From: Macrostomum lignano
Lineage: Eukaryota
Reading direction: 5' to 3'
Length of the DNA: 64,000 bases
NCBI GenBank assembly: GCA_002269645.1
Contig: NIVC01000112.1
Location: 518,855-582,854 of the forward strand
This document shows positions 53,036 to 64,000 of the stretch, piece after piece. Both the position numbers and the translations under genes were made by a program. The notes below the pieces were generated by a model. It was not told the origin of the DNA. It made no database searches and saw nothing but the letters and a program-made list of their open reading frames with translations. How positions within the stretch are numbered: the stretch's first letter is position 1; every line of letters begins with the position of its first letter.

Positions 53036-55021
53036 TGCTTGTCAATCTATTCCAAAATTCTCACCCGAATGCGCGGGCTCTAAGTCGGCAGAGTGGCGGC
53101 TTTTGACAACATTATAAATGGACACAACACCATCGTCAAATCCGAGCAAGAGAATCTCGAGATCGTCGGAGAAAGTGGCGCAGGTGACCTGTAAAATAGT
53201 TTGATTTGCAGTTTTTACAAATTTACATATTTTACGCATGTTGAAGTTACAGGACAAGGGTTTACTACAATAGAAGTGTAACATTAGTATGCTTGAATTA
53301 CTAATATCTTCTAGCTTCTTCCTAATGATATATATTATATCATTCAGCAATGAAATAAGATCCAAATAATGGCAAACAACTCGGACTTCTGGACATAGTT
53401 TGTAAACCTCAATTCTATGCATTTAAAGCTTCTAACACTAATAGAATTTGAAGCAAATAGGAGAAAGCATTGCTAACTGGGAAATAGTTAGTAAGGGTTT
53501 CATATACTTGCATAAATAACTTCTACTATGGCTTTTGTCAGCAGGCATGCATTCTGTTTTATATTTGAATCTGAATTAAAGAATAACAAATATTTTACTT
53601 TGAAATGAATAAAATAAGTCTCAGGCATTATTTTCAGCATTAGTAATAATAAATTTATCAATTTAATGTGTATTACCTATTAGTACATAATTTTACTTCT
53701 AACTCAAGTATATTCTATCTTCTGAAGAAGAAACTAACATGACGTGTAGAAGTGTATTTGATAGTATTTTCTATTTAAAAAGTTTTGTTAGTAGTATTAT
53801 TAGTAATTTTCGATTACCTCTTCCTCAACATCTTGATGAAATATTTCAGTTAATGTTCCCATTTACAAGAAAATGGGTTGTATTTAATCTGTGAATAAAG
53901 TTAACACAGAGTCAATAAAAAAGAAAACTTAAAACACATAATATATATTTTAGCTGTGAAGTACGAAATAAGTGGGTACTTTTAAATGCTTGATTAAAAA
54001 ACATTTAATTTGGAGAAATACAGCTAAAATGATGAGCTTGCAAGCAAAAATTTTGCTGTTGTTCACACAAAGTATTCGAGTAAAAATAGAAATTTAAATA
54101 GCAGTACACAAAATTAAATGATCCCAATCGAAATTTCTTCGGGAATAAGATGATTTGCTACAATAGGTTATAATCAGCTTTCAAAAGTCACTCAAAGAGT
54201 GGATTTGCTGTTAACATAATCGATCGCCATTCGCCATGGAAGAATCACCTAATTGTCCCAGATACAGGGTTCCAATTCTCACAATGCTTTTTTCTGGCTA
54301 AAAACTAATTTTGATATTAATCTTGAAAACATCTGATATGTCTAACAGACTGAGTTCTGGATCAGGATTCTCATTCTAAATTAGGCCCAAAAACGAAGTT
54401 ACATTGTGAAATTTCAATTTAATAAAGAAGAAAAAGTTAAAATACTTACATGAAAGCGTATTGTAGTTTAAATCCTGAATATTGTATTTAATTCTCAGAC
54501 TCTCAGTCTGGCCACTTTTACTTACGTTCCTTCCGTTTTGGTGAACTTTTGGAAAACAAAATTGAATCGTCTAAAGTTAAAAAAGCTAAAAAAGCTTGAG
54601 GCGTCTATGACAGAGAGTTCATCGTATCATATTTAAACAAAAACGTTTCGGTGCACACTCTAGCTTTATTATTACATACTGGTCCTTTAAGAATTTTAAT
54701 AAATAAGTAAAAATACAAGAAGCAGTAGAAAAAATAATGACAATTTTGATGATGAAGCCCTGAAACATTAAAACATTAAAGTACAAAATGACGATACCGG
54801 TACTTCTATAACTTATCTAAAGGAAATCTTTTTCATTCATTTGGTGGCACAGAAAAGAGTGTCAGTCAATCAGTAGCTATTAATTGCTGGCGACCGCTGA
54901 GTGAATAATCAAATCATGTCATTGTACGTGTACTGCAGAATTAGTCAAATCTATAAATGGGATTGATGGGAGATTTCGTAGATAATTTCACCTCTTTTTG
55001 GTTATATGCACATTTGCAAAG

Positions 55022-55530
55022 CTGGGGATGGCAAACTTTTTACTTCAAGGGCCAGATAAAGAATAGCGCACGACTGCGGGCCAAATGAGCTGGGTGAGAG
55101 GAGATACATGTATAAGAGCTAGAGACGAAGAGAGCATTGGCGCAACTATAATTTTGTTGAGTAAAGGGACTGGATTCTGGAGGGTATAATGACCTAAGGG
55201 GGGGGGGGCGGAGGGGATGGCTCTGAATTTTGACAATATCATGCGCACTGGGCCCCCCTTTCATTTTTAAATCTCCGCCGAAAAGGGGGTTCGACCGCCC
55301 CCCCCCCCCCCCGGGGGTATAACCGGCCGGCCTAGAAGAGAGATATAGGAGAATAGAGAGGCGAAGGAATAAAGGAGAAGAGAGGAGATACAAAATAGGA
55401 GAGGAGAGAGAAAAGACGAGAAGAGAGGTGAGAAGAGACGAATCTTCAGCAGGCCGGACTGCTATTGTAAGTTTCAAGGGGCCCGATCGAGGGCCGAATT
55501 AGAGAGGCGGCTCCGCGCGGCGAACCCCTG
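55022..55530. mobile_element. Diverged hAT-like MITE related to 21488-22077
   Basis: Left end CTGGGGATGGCAAAC...AGGGCCAGA...GCGGGCCA and right end GTTTCAAGGGGCCCG...GAGGGCCG...CGAACCCCTG parallel the 21488-22077 ends. It also has an internal GA-rich tract. Confidence 0.55.
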
Positions 55531-56073
55531 ATGCATGTAAGGGAACCTGAGCTACATGTAGACATGCCACAATGATGAACTATATTTTGACTAATTACAA
55601 TGCAATAGTGTGTTTTATTGTTAAAGGAATACATTTACTAGAAATACGAGTTACATGTACTTCAGTATATGATAGTAAATTGCGTTAACGCATTTAAACC
55701 AACAATAGCAGCTTATATACCAATCAAAGTACGTCACTTATAACACTATCTAATTACACTATAGTTATGGTTCATGGTTCATCGACAATTGAGCTAGGAA
55801 AATTAGCCTTAATTTGTATACGATGTGAAATTAATTAACTGAACATGTCAAGTTTTACTACGACATGGTATTAGCACTTGATCCTTGCTGTCACTTATCA
55901 ATCAAACAATTTTGGAAAAACACTGGAAACTTTGAAAAAAAAGTCTTAATAAAATATTTTCAGGCGTTTTGCAGATAGACAGAGAAATTAACTACGAGCT
56001 ATTTAATTGAAGACTGTTTTTTTGGCGGTTATAGAATTTTTCCTCGGTCATTTTCATAATTACCCGTTCACTG

Positions 56074-57985
56074 TCAGTCCCTATCAAAGCAGTTCATGAC
56101 CTCCCTGAACTGCATCAGGCCGGGCTCCGCGCTGATGCCTCCAGTGGCCGAGGACAGCAGAGCAGCAGTGTCTCCAGTCAGCAGTTTGCGGAACAGCTCG
56201 TCGGTCAGGGTGACCTTCACGTCCGGCTTGGCCTTCAGCCGCGTGTTGACCAGATCCAGGATTCCCTCGCGGATGTGGAACCTGTTGCATTTGCGGTCCA
56301 GCTTTTGAAAAATATCAATATTTTTTGCATCCTCATGCCACAATCTTGAACTGTATTTCAAGATCTCATCGTTTTGCAATTACGGATGCACTAAAAAACA
56401 ACTATCTAATCATGCATAAGAATTAAACGTACCTTATAACTTTTTTAACGTCGCTGAAGTTAAACTCAACCAGTCTGTCCATCTGGCTGCACTCTTCAAA
56501 GTTAAATCGATAGCGGAACATCTGGAACAGCGTCTCCAGGCTCACAGTGAAGATCGTCCTCGAGCGCACGTCCTGCCTGATCTTGGTGTCAATCTTTCCA
56601 AGCTCTTCGTACGCGCAAGTGACGTAGTAGTTATACCCATTGGCGCTAATCTGACCAGCCGCAAGCTCGAAAATCGCCTTCACTTTCAGTTCGCGAGCAC
56701 TGGTTGATGAAGGATTCGCGCGTTGGGCCGCTGATGCTAGTTGAAGCGCCCATTGAAAATCGCTCTTAGCCAAAGCGCTCGAGGCCGCTTCCAGAATTTT
56801 GTCCTCTCCGCCTGCAAGCTCAACCAAACGAACCGCTTGCTGTTCCGTGCTTAAGGGACTCAGCTCTTCCACGTAACCACTGAACCACCCCAGGTAGCCT
56901 GCGAACAGACCCTTCACTGACCAGGCAACGGTTCCGTAGAACTCCTGCAGGTAGTCGTGCTCTGAAAGACGTTTTGTTAAGCTTACCTTGTGAGCGATGT
57001 CATCTGGATGGAGACCACGGTTCATCCAGCGCACTGTTTGGTCATGCACCGTTTGTACAGCGTCGCGATAGGTTAGCAACAGTTCCGCGATCTCCTTCTT
57101 TCCCACAATGGGTCTGGTATGACTGGGAACCAAGTACTGGGCATTGAGCGCGTACATTCGATCCAACGACTGCGTCCACAGTTCCAGGCTGCGAAACGGC
57201 GTGCCTCTGATGGCGTACAGATTTGGAAAGGCTTTGTACACATCGTCAGCACAGAACAGGGCCTCCTTCTCGGGCCAATAGACAGCGATCTGGTCATCAG
57301 TTTCACCGGGGATGTGCACCAGCTTCAGCTTCAATCCGGCGATGGTTACATCCGCCTCGGCACCATCTAGGAATCGGTTCGGAGGAACGAAACCCGAGCG
57401 AAACTGCTTCTGACCGAGGTTGAGGCTGAAACCGATGCCAGAGTTTGGCGTGTTCTCTCGCTCAATCAGTGCACCGAACTGTCGCATGGCTCGCTTGTAG
57501 ATGATCGGTCCTGTGACGTAGTTTGTCAGTCTGAAGATGTCTATCAAACTGCGGTGGGACCAGATGTGTACAGAGGAATTCCCGTCAACGTCTTTGAGAA
57601 ATGCTTCAGCTCCGTTCACGTGGTCCTGATGGTTGTGCGTGTACACGATCGCTTTTATGGGAGACTTCGTCACCTGGCGAAAGGCCTCGTAAATCTTCTC
57701 CGCCGCGTCCATGGACTCCACGGTGTCGATGATGATGGCACCTTCGGGCGCTTCGATGAGGATGGAGTTGGCCAGGGCGTAGCCAATGGCTACGTAGATT
57801 CCCTCCGTAACCTTGAGTACCTCCGGCTTGTTGAACTCATTAGCATGAGTCTTGAGCTTCCTGGCGTTGTTGCTGTTAGCTCGGCCGTACTCCACAATGC
57901 GCTCGACTGAACGACGCTCCTGCCACTTGGTGCCCACTATGTAGGCTATGAGAACGACGCACAAAACTCGAAGTATGCGCTCCAT
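56074..57985 (-). CDS. Alkyl/aryl sulfatase, SdsA1/BDS1 family (metallo-beta-lactamase fold, dimerisation domain, SCP2-like C-terminus), 2 exons, ~586 aa
   Basis: Exons 57985-56433 and 56281-56074 (AG|GTACGT...CAACAG|G) give 1761 bp in frame. Motifs YTHNHQDHVNG (HxHxDH), HIPGETDDQ, NLYAIRGT, VPSHTRP, FYGTVAWSVK, DFQWALQL. N-terminal hydrophobic signal/anchor. Confidence 0.92.
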
Positions 57986-60173
57986 CCTTACCGTATAGGC
58001 TCAAACTTGACGATTTAATTCTTACTTCTTAGAAAAAGAGCTGAGGCTGTGGTATAACCTCTATTAATCAAAGTGGTCAATGAGTAAACTTTAATTCATG
58101 TGAAAGTGTTTTGAAAGGCGTTATCATTTGCTGCTGCTTGGTAAGCTCTCCATAAATCTGAAGCACTGAAATTTGAGAAAGCTTAACCATGAGTCGCAGG
58201 TCAGGCTCCTATCAAATTCGTATCAAATGTACAGTTTTGCCGTTAGTATACTCTAAACAAATAAAGTACCCCTCGGTCCAACTAAAATGAAGACCAGCGG
58301 GTGTACATGTAAGGTGTGTAAACCGTGTGGTTGCTTGATCTTATCAATGGAAAAACTGGCCCCAAGAGATTCAAGATTCATGTCAAGCACAGAAGGGAGT
58401 GGTCTGAAAGCAGTGTAAATAAGACTCAGACGAGTGCTAATTGCGATTGATATCGTAGTTTCAACCAAGGCCACTCTCGTACCTGGACTAAAATATAGTC
58501 TCTGTACACACACTGAAGGACTAACCTAAGAATTCTGGCATATATGAGAAATATATTAGATCGATGCAAGGCTCTTTAATGAGAATCCGAAAGCAAACTC
58601 ATCCCATTCCGAACGAGTCAGGCTCGATACCTTAAAGGACTTGATTGCTCGAATCAGCGTCTTCTGGTTCCCTGCGCGCCCTGCCTGTCCCCACGCTCAC
58701 CCTGTCCCCTCTCTCTCGGCAAACTAAACCAATTAAAGCATCTTCAATTCAATTGACCACTGATTCAGCGCTCAGCCTTGGCGAACGAGTCAATTAAAGA
58801 GTAGAGAGCTGCGGCATTTCCAGGAAGATGGGAAGTCTCTCTCTGGAGGCTGAGCTCGTCACGAGTCCCTAGGGGCACTGCTGGGACCCTTCTTACCGTG
58901 CCTACCCCAGTCTGAAGTCCAGGAATCTGGAAGGCGGTCCAATCGAGGAATGCTCAAGTATTTGGCACTGTCGATAAGAGTCCACCAATTGTCCGTCAAG
59001 TTTGCAGGTCTATTCGGATGTTTAGGCAGCTAACTATTGGATTGCAGCAATTCAGCAGAGTAATCATATATGGGGGAAGAGGAAGAGAACTAGACAGACG
59101 ATGGTAAGCCATGAAATTCGATTGCAATCCGTTTCAGGTGGAGTGTGTGATTTATTCGCATAGATGCTTCCGTTCTGACAGTGCTGCAGAGATGCAGAGA
59201 TGCAGATAGAGGATGGAGAGTGCTAGACGAGCGGGAGATGCTGCTGGTCCAGGGCCAATTGCGCAAAGTGTTTGGTGCTGCCTGCCGCGCTCTTCCACTT
59301 TTCCAATTCCCGTTCCAAGCCCGATTCGAACCCTACACCACTTCCTATTTCTCCTTTCTTCCCTCGCCTAGTTTCCTTGCGTTTTCCCTCATATTTTCCT
59401 TTTTCCTACGTTTTTTGTAGAAGCCGAGAGTAAGTTCGGCAGACATTCGGGAAACTTCCCGTCTCTCTCACTCTACATCCATCTACGCCCATCTCTGCCT
59501 CCTGCCGACTCCTCCACCTCCGCTATCAGCTGTAAGTATTAGTGTTTGCGCTGGTCGGCTGTAAAGCAGTAAGCGGGAACGGACTGGGCGCAGCAGCCGC
59601 GTGTCAAAATAAATCCTTCGCCTCGTTCGCCCGCAAGAAATCTGCCGGAGCATGGGGAGCGAGCGGAGAAAGTAAAAGCTAGTGATAGAGAGAGAGCCTA
59701 GGAAAGTAAGTTACTCCCAAGTTCGACTATAACCGAGCAGGGATAGTGTGATTGATTAGCACTTTAATCAAGACAACATCTTCCCGTGCTTCACTGAACA
59801 TTCCTTCGCGTTTGATTGTTTAACTCAGCGCCTGTTTTAATTTCTTGCACGATCGGTCATTTTTATCTACTTGTTCGTTGCGATGACATCGTGGCTGCTG
59901 AGAACGATCAGAAGTTCCCTTATCATCGCTCCGTAGACTTCAGCCGTTCGTCCAAGGGTTATCGATTCACTCTAGAGAGCAGCAGCCAACTGCCGGCCGC
60001 GCGAACGCTTCCCCTAAGGCTCGCCCAGTCGACTGCAGCCACTTCCTCCTAGTCGATACTTTATCGCACAGTATTTAGAGCGTCTCAACCGAACTGTGCT
60101 TGGCCATCTGCCTTTCTTGCTTCTCCCATCCGCCTGCTCCAAATTGCCCGAGATAATCAGCGAATAAAGCCGA

Positions 60174-61340
60174 ATGAACAGCAACAGCGGTAGCGTCTCC
60201 TCCCTAAACAAATCTCCATCCGTGATTCCGGGTGGCAGCGGCAGCAACAACAACAAATCAGCCAGCCTGACGGTTATCAACGAGCTCCCGGAAGGCGAGG
60301 CCATTACGCCGACTGCGGACTGTAGGAAATCGATGGGTCTTGACTCTGAATCGCCCGACGACGAAGAACCACCGCCTCCACCGCCGCCACCGATGGGCAT
60401 TTTCGGCGAGACGAGGCCGACGCTGCTGGGGCCAGCCGACCTGCGCCGTCTGCAGCGGAAGCATGAAAAGGCGCTGCGACGGGCCAACGAGAAAGCAGCG
60501 AACGCGGCCGCCGAGGCCAAGAAGCGAAAGAAGCTCAGGAAGCAGCAGCAGAAAATGCTAGCTGGAAACGGCAAAGCCAAGAAGCATAACACTAACCAGG
60601 ATGAAGATAACATTGAGGAGGTTGCCGAGGAAGTAAATCTTGATGATGATGATGATGATTGCAGCAGCATCCGTCGCCAGTTTCCAAAGGCTTCGACCTG
60701 CAAGAGCGCCCTAGTGAGCATCTACTATACGGCTACGATCTTGTCGGCTGTGTCGGCTGCTGCCCTGCTGTTTGTCGGTCTCCAGTACCGCGTCAAAGGT
60801 GCTCTTATCGCTGGGACTCTACTTGCGTTCTCAGCCTTCGGTCTGTGCACCAATCACTGCTTCAGCCAGAGCCTGGGAGTTGCCAGACAGCTCACGCCAC
60901 GGGAGGCAGCCGCTGCCAGCGAGGAGCGACAGATCGTGGATCGAAGTCTCAGCCTGGTACCGCAGAATCAGCCGCCTCACACGGAAGAAAGCACGGCGAA
61001 CGGAGAGAGGAAGAAGTCCATATCACCCTCGCTTGAACCTGCGTCCGATGGGCAGCAGCAACAGCAGCAACAGCAGCAACAGAGAGCGTCAGTTGCCAAT
61101 GCAGTAGACAGCATGCTGGCAAGGCGATTGTCAACATTGGCGGTTTTCCCCGATCCAGCAGCTCGACTGATGATGCGCCAGCAGCAGCTGCACCATCCGC
61201 AGCCGCTGCACCAGCGTAGACGCAGTTCTATGCTGCACTTGGCCAGATCGATGTCCTTGGCGGCGGCGGCTCAGCACGCTGATCCCGGATGGATTGGACA
61301 ACCGTCGGGAGGGCTTGAGGACTACACAGAGTACGTGTAG
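60174..61340 (+). CDS. Uncharacterised single-exon protein (388 aa) with two adjacent hydrophobic helices
   Basis: Long GC-rich ORF with basic coiled and acidic segments, two TM-like stretches (ALVSIYYTATILSAVSAAALLFVGL; GALIAGTLLAFSAFGLC) and poly-Q/P tracts like the other genes here. Confidence 0.72.
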   Translation: MNSNSGSVSSLNKSPSVIPGGSGSNNNKSASLTVINELPEGEAITPTADCRKSMGLDSESPDDEEPPPPPPPPMGIFGETRPTLLGPADLRRLQRKHEKALRRANEKAANAAAEAKKRKKLRKQQQKMLAGNGKAKKHNTNQDEDNIEEVAEEVNLDDDDDDCSSIRRQFPKASTCKSALVSIYYTATILSAVSAAALLFVGLQYRVKGALIAGTLLAFSAFGLCTNHCFSQSLGVARQLTPREAAAASEERQIVDRSLSLVPQNQPPHTEESTANGERKKSISPSLEPASDGQQQQQQQQQQRASVANAVDSMLARRLSTLAVFPDPAARLMMRQQQLHHPQPLHQRRRSSMLHLARSMSLAAAAQHADPGWIGQPSGGLEDYTEYV

Positions 61341-61975
61341 AGTGCGCCACAGAGGTTGAACTGCGCGCAACGTAGACTTAGATTCCAGAGTTACTGTTTA
61401 ATGCTAGTTTTTCCGTACATCGTGTGCCCAGCTGCCTATTTGATACTGAATTTTATTGCTGTAAAATTTGCGTGTTTCAAAGTTCATCTAAGTAAGGGAG
61501 AAATCAAACCATACGTCTTCGCTCAGCAATAGATTAATTCGCTACATGAACTGACTGGTTGTCCTGGCTGCACGCTACTGTAAAAGTTCCGAATATAAAC
61601 TATGCTACGATTACGGGATAAACCGCCTCTGTGTCCTTCATTTTAGTGCAATTTAGTCCGAGTTGAAGTCGGCAGTCGTGTGTTTACCACTTAGTTCTAA
61701 TCAAGTGCAGCCGGGGGACACTAGAGACTAAGTTAAAAACCATGCAGCTTAGCTAAAGGCTATTTTCACTAAGCCTCCGCTCGCCCTTATTTAGTCCGTT
61801 GGCATCTGCCAATCAAGATAATGTCGAAATTGAACAGCGGCATCGAATGTCTAGGATGCAGTCGGTTTCGGCGTTCAATGCTCTGCTGCACCGAAAGTTC
61901 CAAGTTGAAAAGGCACTATTTTACTTTTTTGCGTTTTCTGTTGGCTGCTATTTATCTGCTTTTTCTCACAGGGTT

Positions 61976-62315
61976 ACACTTGTCTATCCACATGTCTTCA
62001 ATATTCTCACTTGTCTATCCACATGTCTTCAATATTCTCACTTGTCTATCCACATGTCTTCAATGTTCTCACTTGTCTATCCACATGTCTTCAATATTCT
62101 CACTTGTCTATCCACATGTCTTCAATATTCTCACTTGTCTATCCACATGTCTTCAATATTCTCACTTGTCTATCCACATGTCTTCAATGTTCTCACTTGT
62201 CTGTCCACATGTCTTCAATGTTCTCACTTGTCTATCCACATGTCTTCAATATTCTCACTTGTCTATCCACATGTCTTCAATATTCTCACTTGTCTATCCA
62301 CATGTCTTCAATATT
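61976..62315. repeat. 31-bp minisatellite (TATTCTCACTTGTCTATCCACATGTCTTCAA)n
   Basis: Visible tandem array. Confidence 0.95.
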
Positions 62316-63363
62316 CTCTCTTCCGCCGCATTACTGCTCCGAACTCAGCCCTTCCCATGCATCATCCCAACTTGCTCAGAACCCAGGTCAGTCACTTCTC
62401 AGGCCTGCAGTAAACGCTCCAGCTAAAAAACATGTAGCAGTTTCCACTACCTAGCGAACGAATATTTGCAAGTGAAAATGTTTCGCCTCTTATCTCCATG
62501 TCTAAGTTCGCCATCGAGAGACTTCGAAGGACGCTAAACTCTCAATGCACCGAGCTAATCTGCTAATCCCTTCGGTTAAGCTGCAGAGGGACTGGCGCCT
62601 TGCCCTGGATAAAACTGCAAAGCCAAAATGTCGAGACGCGTCTTTCGCCAGGATCCAGTGGGGATTGGGAAGCGTGTCTTGCAAACATTTGAATTCTTAG
62701 TTCAAACCTTATCCCCGGCTTTCATTCTTACAGGATCAGAAATTTGAGATCGAATGGCTAAACTGGCACGATTCCATCTAGGATTCAGCTCCCTTTAGAG
62801 TGCACACAATGCGGCTCTCAAATTCAGGCAGCGCTTTAGCCAAGCATTAAGAAAGTCGTGTGAAAACTTCAACTTCTATACTTGGGTGGAGCGCAGTTCA
62901 TCCATCATAGGCACAACAGAATACATTACAAAATACTACGTGAAAGGGGCGTACATTTTGTACATTGTACATTACATTTTGTAATGTACTACGTGACATT
63001 AACTACGATAGCTCGTAGTTAAGTGACCATAGGTCTAAATTTTGAGCCATAGTGAGGTTGAAGCAGCTTTTGTTTTACCTGCTTGCCAAGCGTAGGTTTG
63101 TAATTTACGGCCGAATTCAGACTTTATTGACTCCAATTGGTAGCTCAGTAAAGACCCACTCTCCTAGAGTGTTACACGGTAGGCACCACCAGAGTCAATC
63201 TTCAAGCCGACCAATATCAGATTTGCGGCAGGAAGTGTTTCTCGCTCAATAGGAAAATCTGCGGCCATTAGCTGGAAAGAAATGTCCTGAATTCCTATAT
63301 CCGATAGCGTTTTGCTTGCTTTCGTTGACTAGCAACTGAGCTCTGCAATTTTTCCCCTAATGC

Positions 63364-64000
63364 TTGTTCGTGAGCCCTGCCGAGAACTTCTCCTGGTGCT
63401 CCGCTAATCGGCAGTGCGCGGCCATCGGAGGGGAGCTCGCCAACTCGTGCCAGACCGTCAAGAGCATCAGGATTGGAAACCGTCCCAATGCTAGCAGGTG
63501 CAACTGTCGGCTGTGGCTCGGAATCAGCGACCTAGCCGACGAAAGGCGGATAGAAAGGATGGTTGGCAGAGGATCAATGGAAACGGGATTTTTTCAACAG
63601 ATACAAGCCTCTTTAGAAGTGGAGAACCTTCGAAGGAAGGGAAGCAAAACTGCATTCGAACGACTACAAAAATGCTCTGGTTAGTGTCGAATGCGAGAGA
63701 GTTCGCGGATTTGTGTGCGAGTCCGAAGCCCTGGGAGCTACGAGGCCGATTCGGGGAGTCTGTAGTCTTCAGCGACCAGAAACTCAAATCCGAGTACTAC
63801 TGCTCCGATTAGCGCAGGTGAGCAGCGCTATCGAGTGCACTGCGGCTGCAATGAGTGCCAAAGGTACATCACGGACGTACTGTGCAACCGCAAGCTGGAC
63901 CTGCCGCCTGCTGCACTTCACGGAGTATCAAACTCCTCAAAATGTGACTCCACCAACAAAATCACCCTTAAGTGAGTTCAAGGGCATGTGGGGATCCGAG
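63364..64000 (+). pseudogene. Disrupted C-type lectin-domain gene with a possible PAN/Apple-like C-terminal part, running off the window end
   Basis: FSWCSANRQCAAIGGELA...LWLGISDLADER / (frameshift ~63550) RKDGWQRING...GEPSKEGKQNCIRTTTKMLW...EYYCSD / (frameshift ~63810) LAQVSSAIECTAAAM...YCATASWTCRL. CTLD hallmarks are present (WxxAxxxC, GGxLA, WLG, GEP, NC, W). Stops lie upstream in frame. Confidence 0.6.

Larger units (their letters stand above)
48609..53188 (-). pseudogene. 3' portion of a WD40-repeat gene containing an in-frame TAG (pseudogene, null allele or assembly error)
   Basis: Phase-consistent GT-AG exons: 53188-53065 (VTCATFSDDLEILLLGFDDGVVSIYNV), 52332-52216 (SITALAISPDSKWISVGRATG), 52122-52025 (GHRN*VHAVQISANSKLSVSAS), 50633 or 50582-50062 (VTAVAFARQSCLLATGGSHD...HGSWVVGLRWSRDDRCLASWAEHDCVRLW), 48804-48609 (stop). 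Upstream exons were not found. Confidence 0.75.

Noticed and set aside
52340-53117. Cys/Val-rich and RQTD repeat ORFs
   Set aside because: Translations of an intronic 24-bp / (TCTG)n repeat.

Overview
Eukaryotic (metazoan) genomic DNA with GT-AG spliced genes, GC-rich low-complexity exons and a very high density of micro- and minisatellites. The style resembles the flatworm Macrostomum lignano, but that is an inference and not proven from the sequence. Supported genes: two convergent single-exon secreted-peptide precursors (5148-5447 +, 9025-9270 -) with signal peptide, acidic pro-region, Arg/aromatic-rich cationic C-terminus and terminal Tyr-Gly; a 6-exon low-complexity gene with an apparent frameshift (27513-30989 -); a 3-exon PDZ + DH-like + PH gene (39309-45395 +); the 3' part of a WD40 gene with an in-frame TAG (48609-53188 -); a 2-exon SdsA1/BDS1-type alkyl sulfatase (56074-57985 -); a 2-TM orphan (60174-61340 +); and a disrupted C-type lectin (63364-64000 +). 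Mobile DNA: an internally deleted THAP/P-element transposase, two copies of a foldback MITE with 8-bp TSDs, two hAT-like MITEs and two related non-LTR retrotransposon 3' fragments. The best candidate for an undescribed system is the pair of arminin-like, probably amidated, cationic (antimicrobial-type) peptide genes. All exon models were read by hand and no database searches were run.
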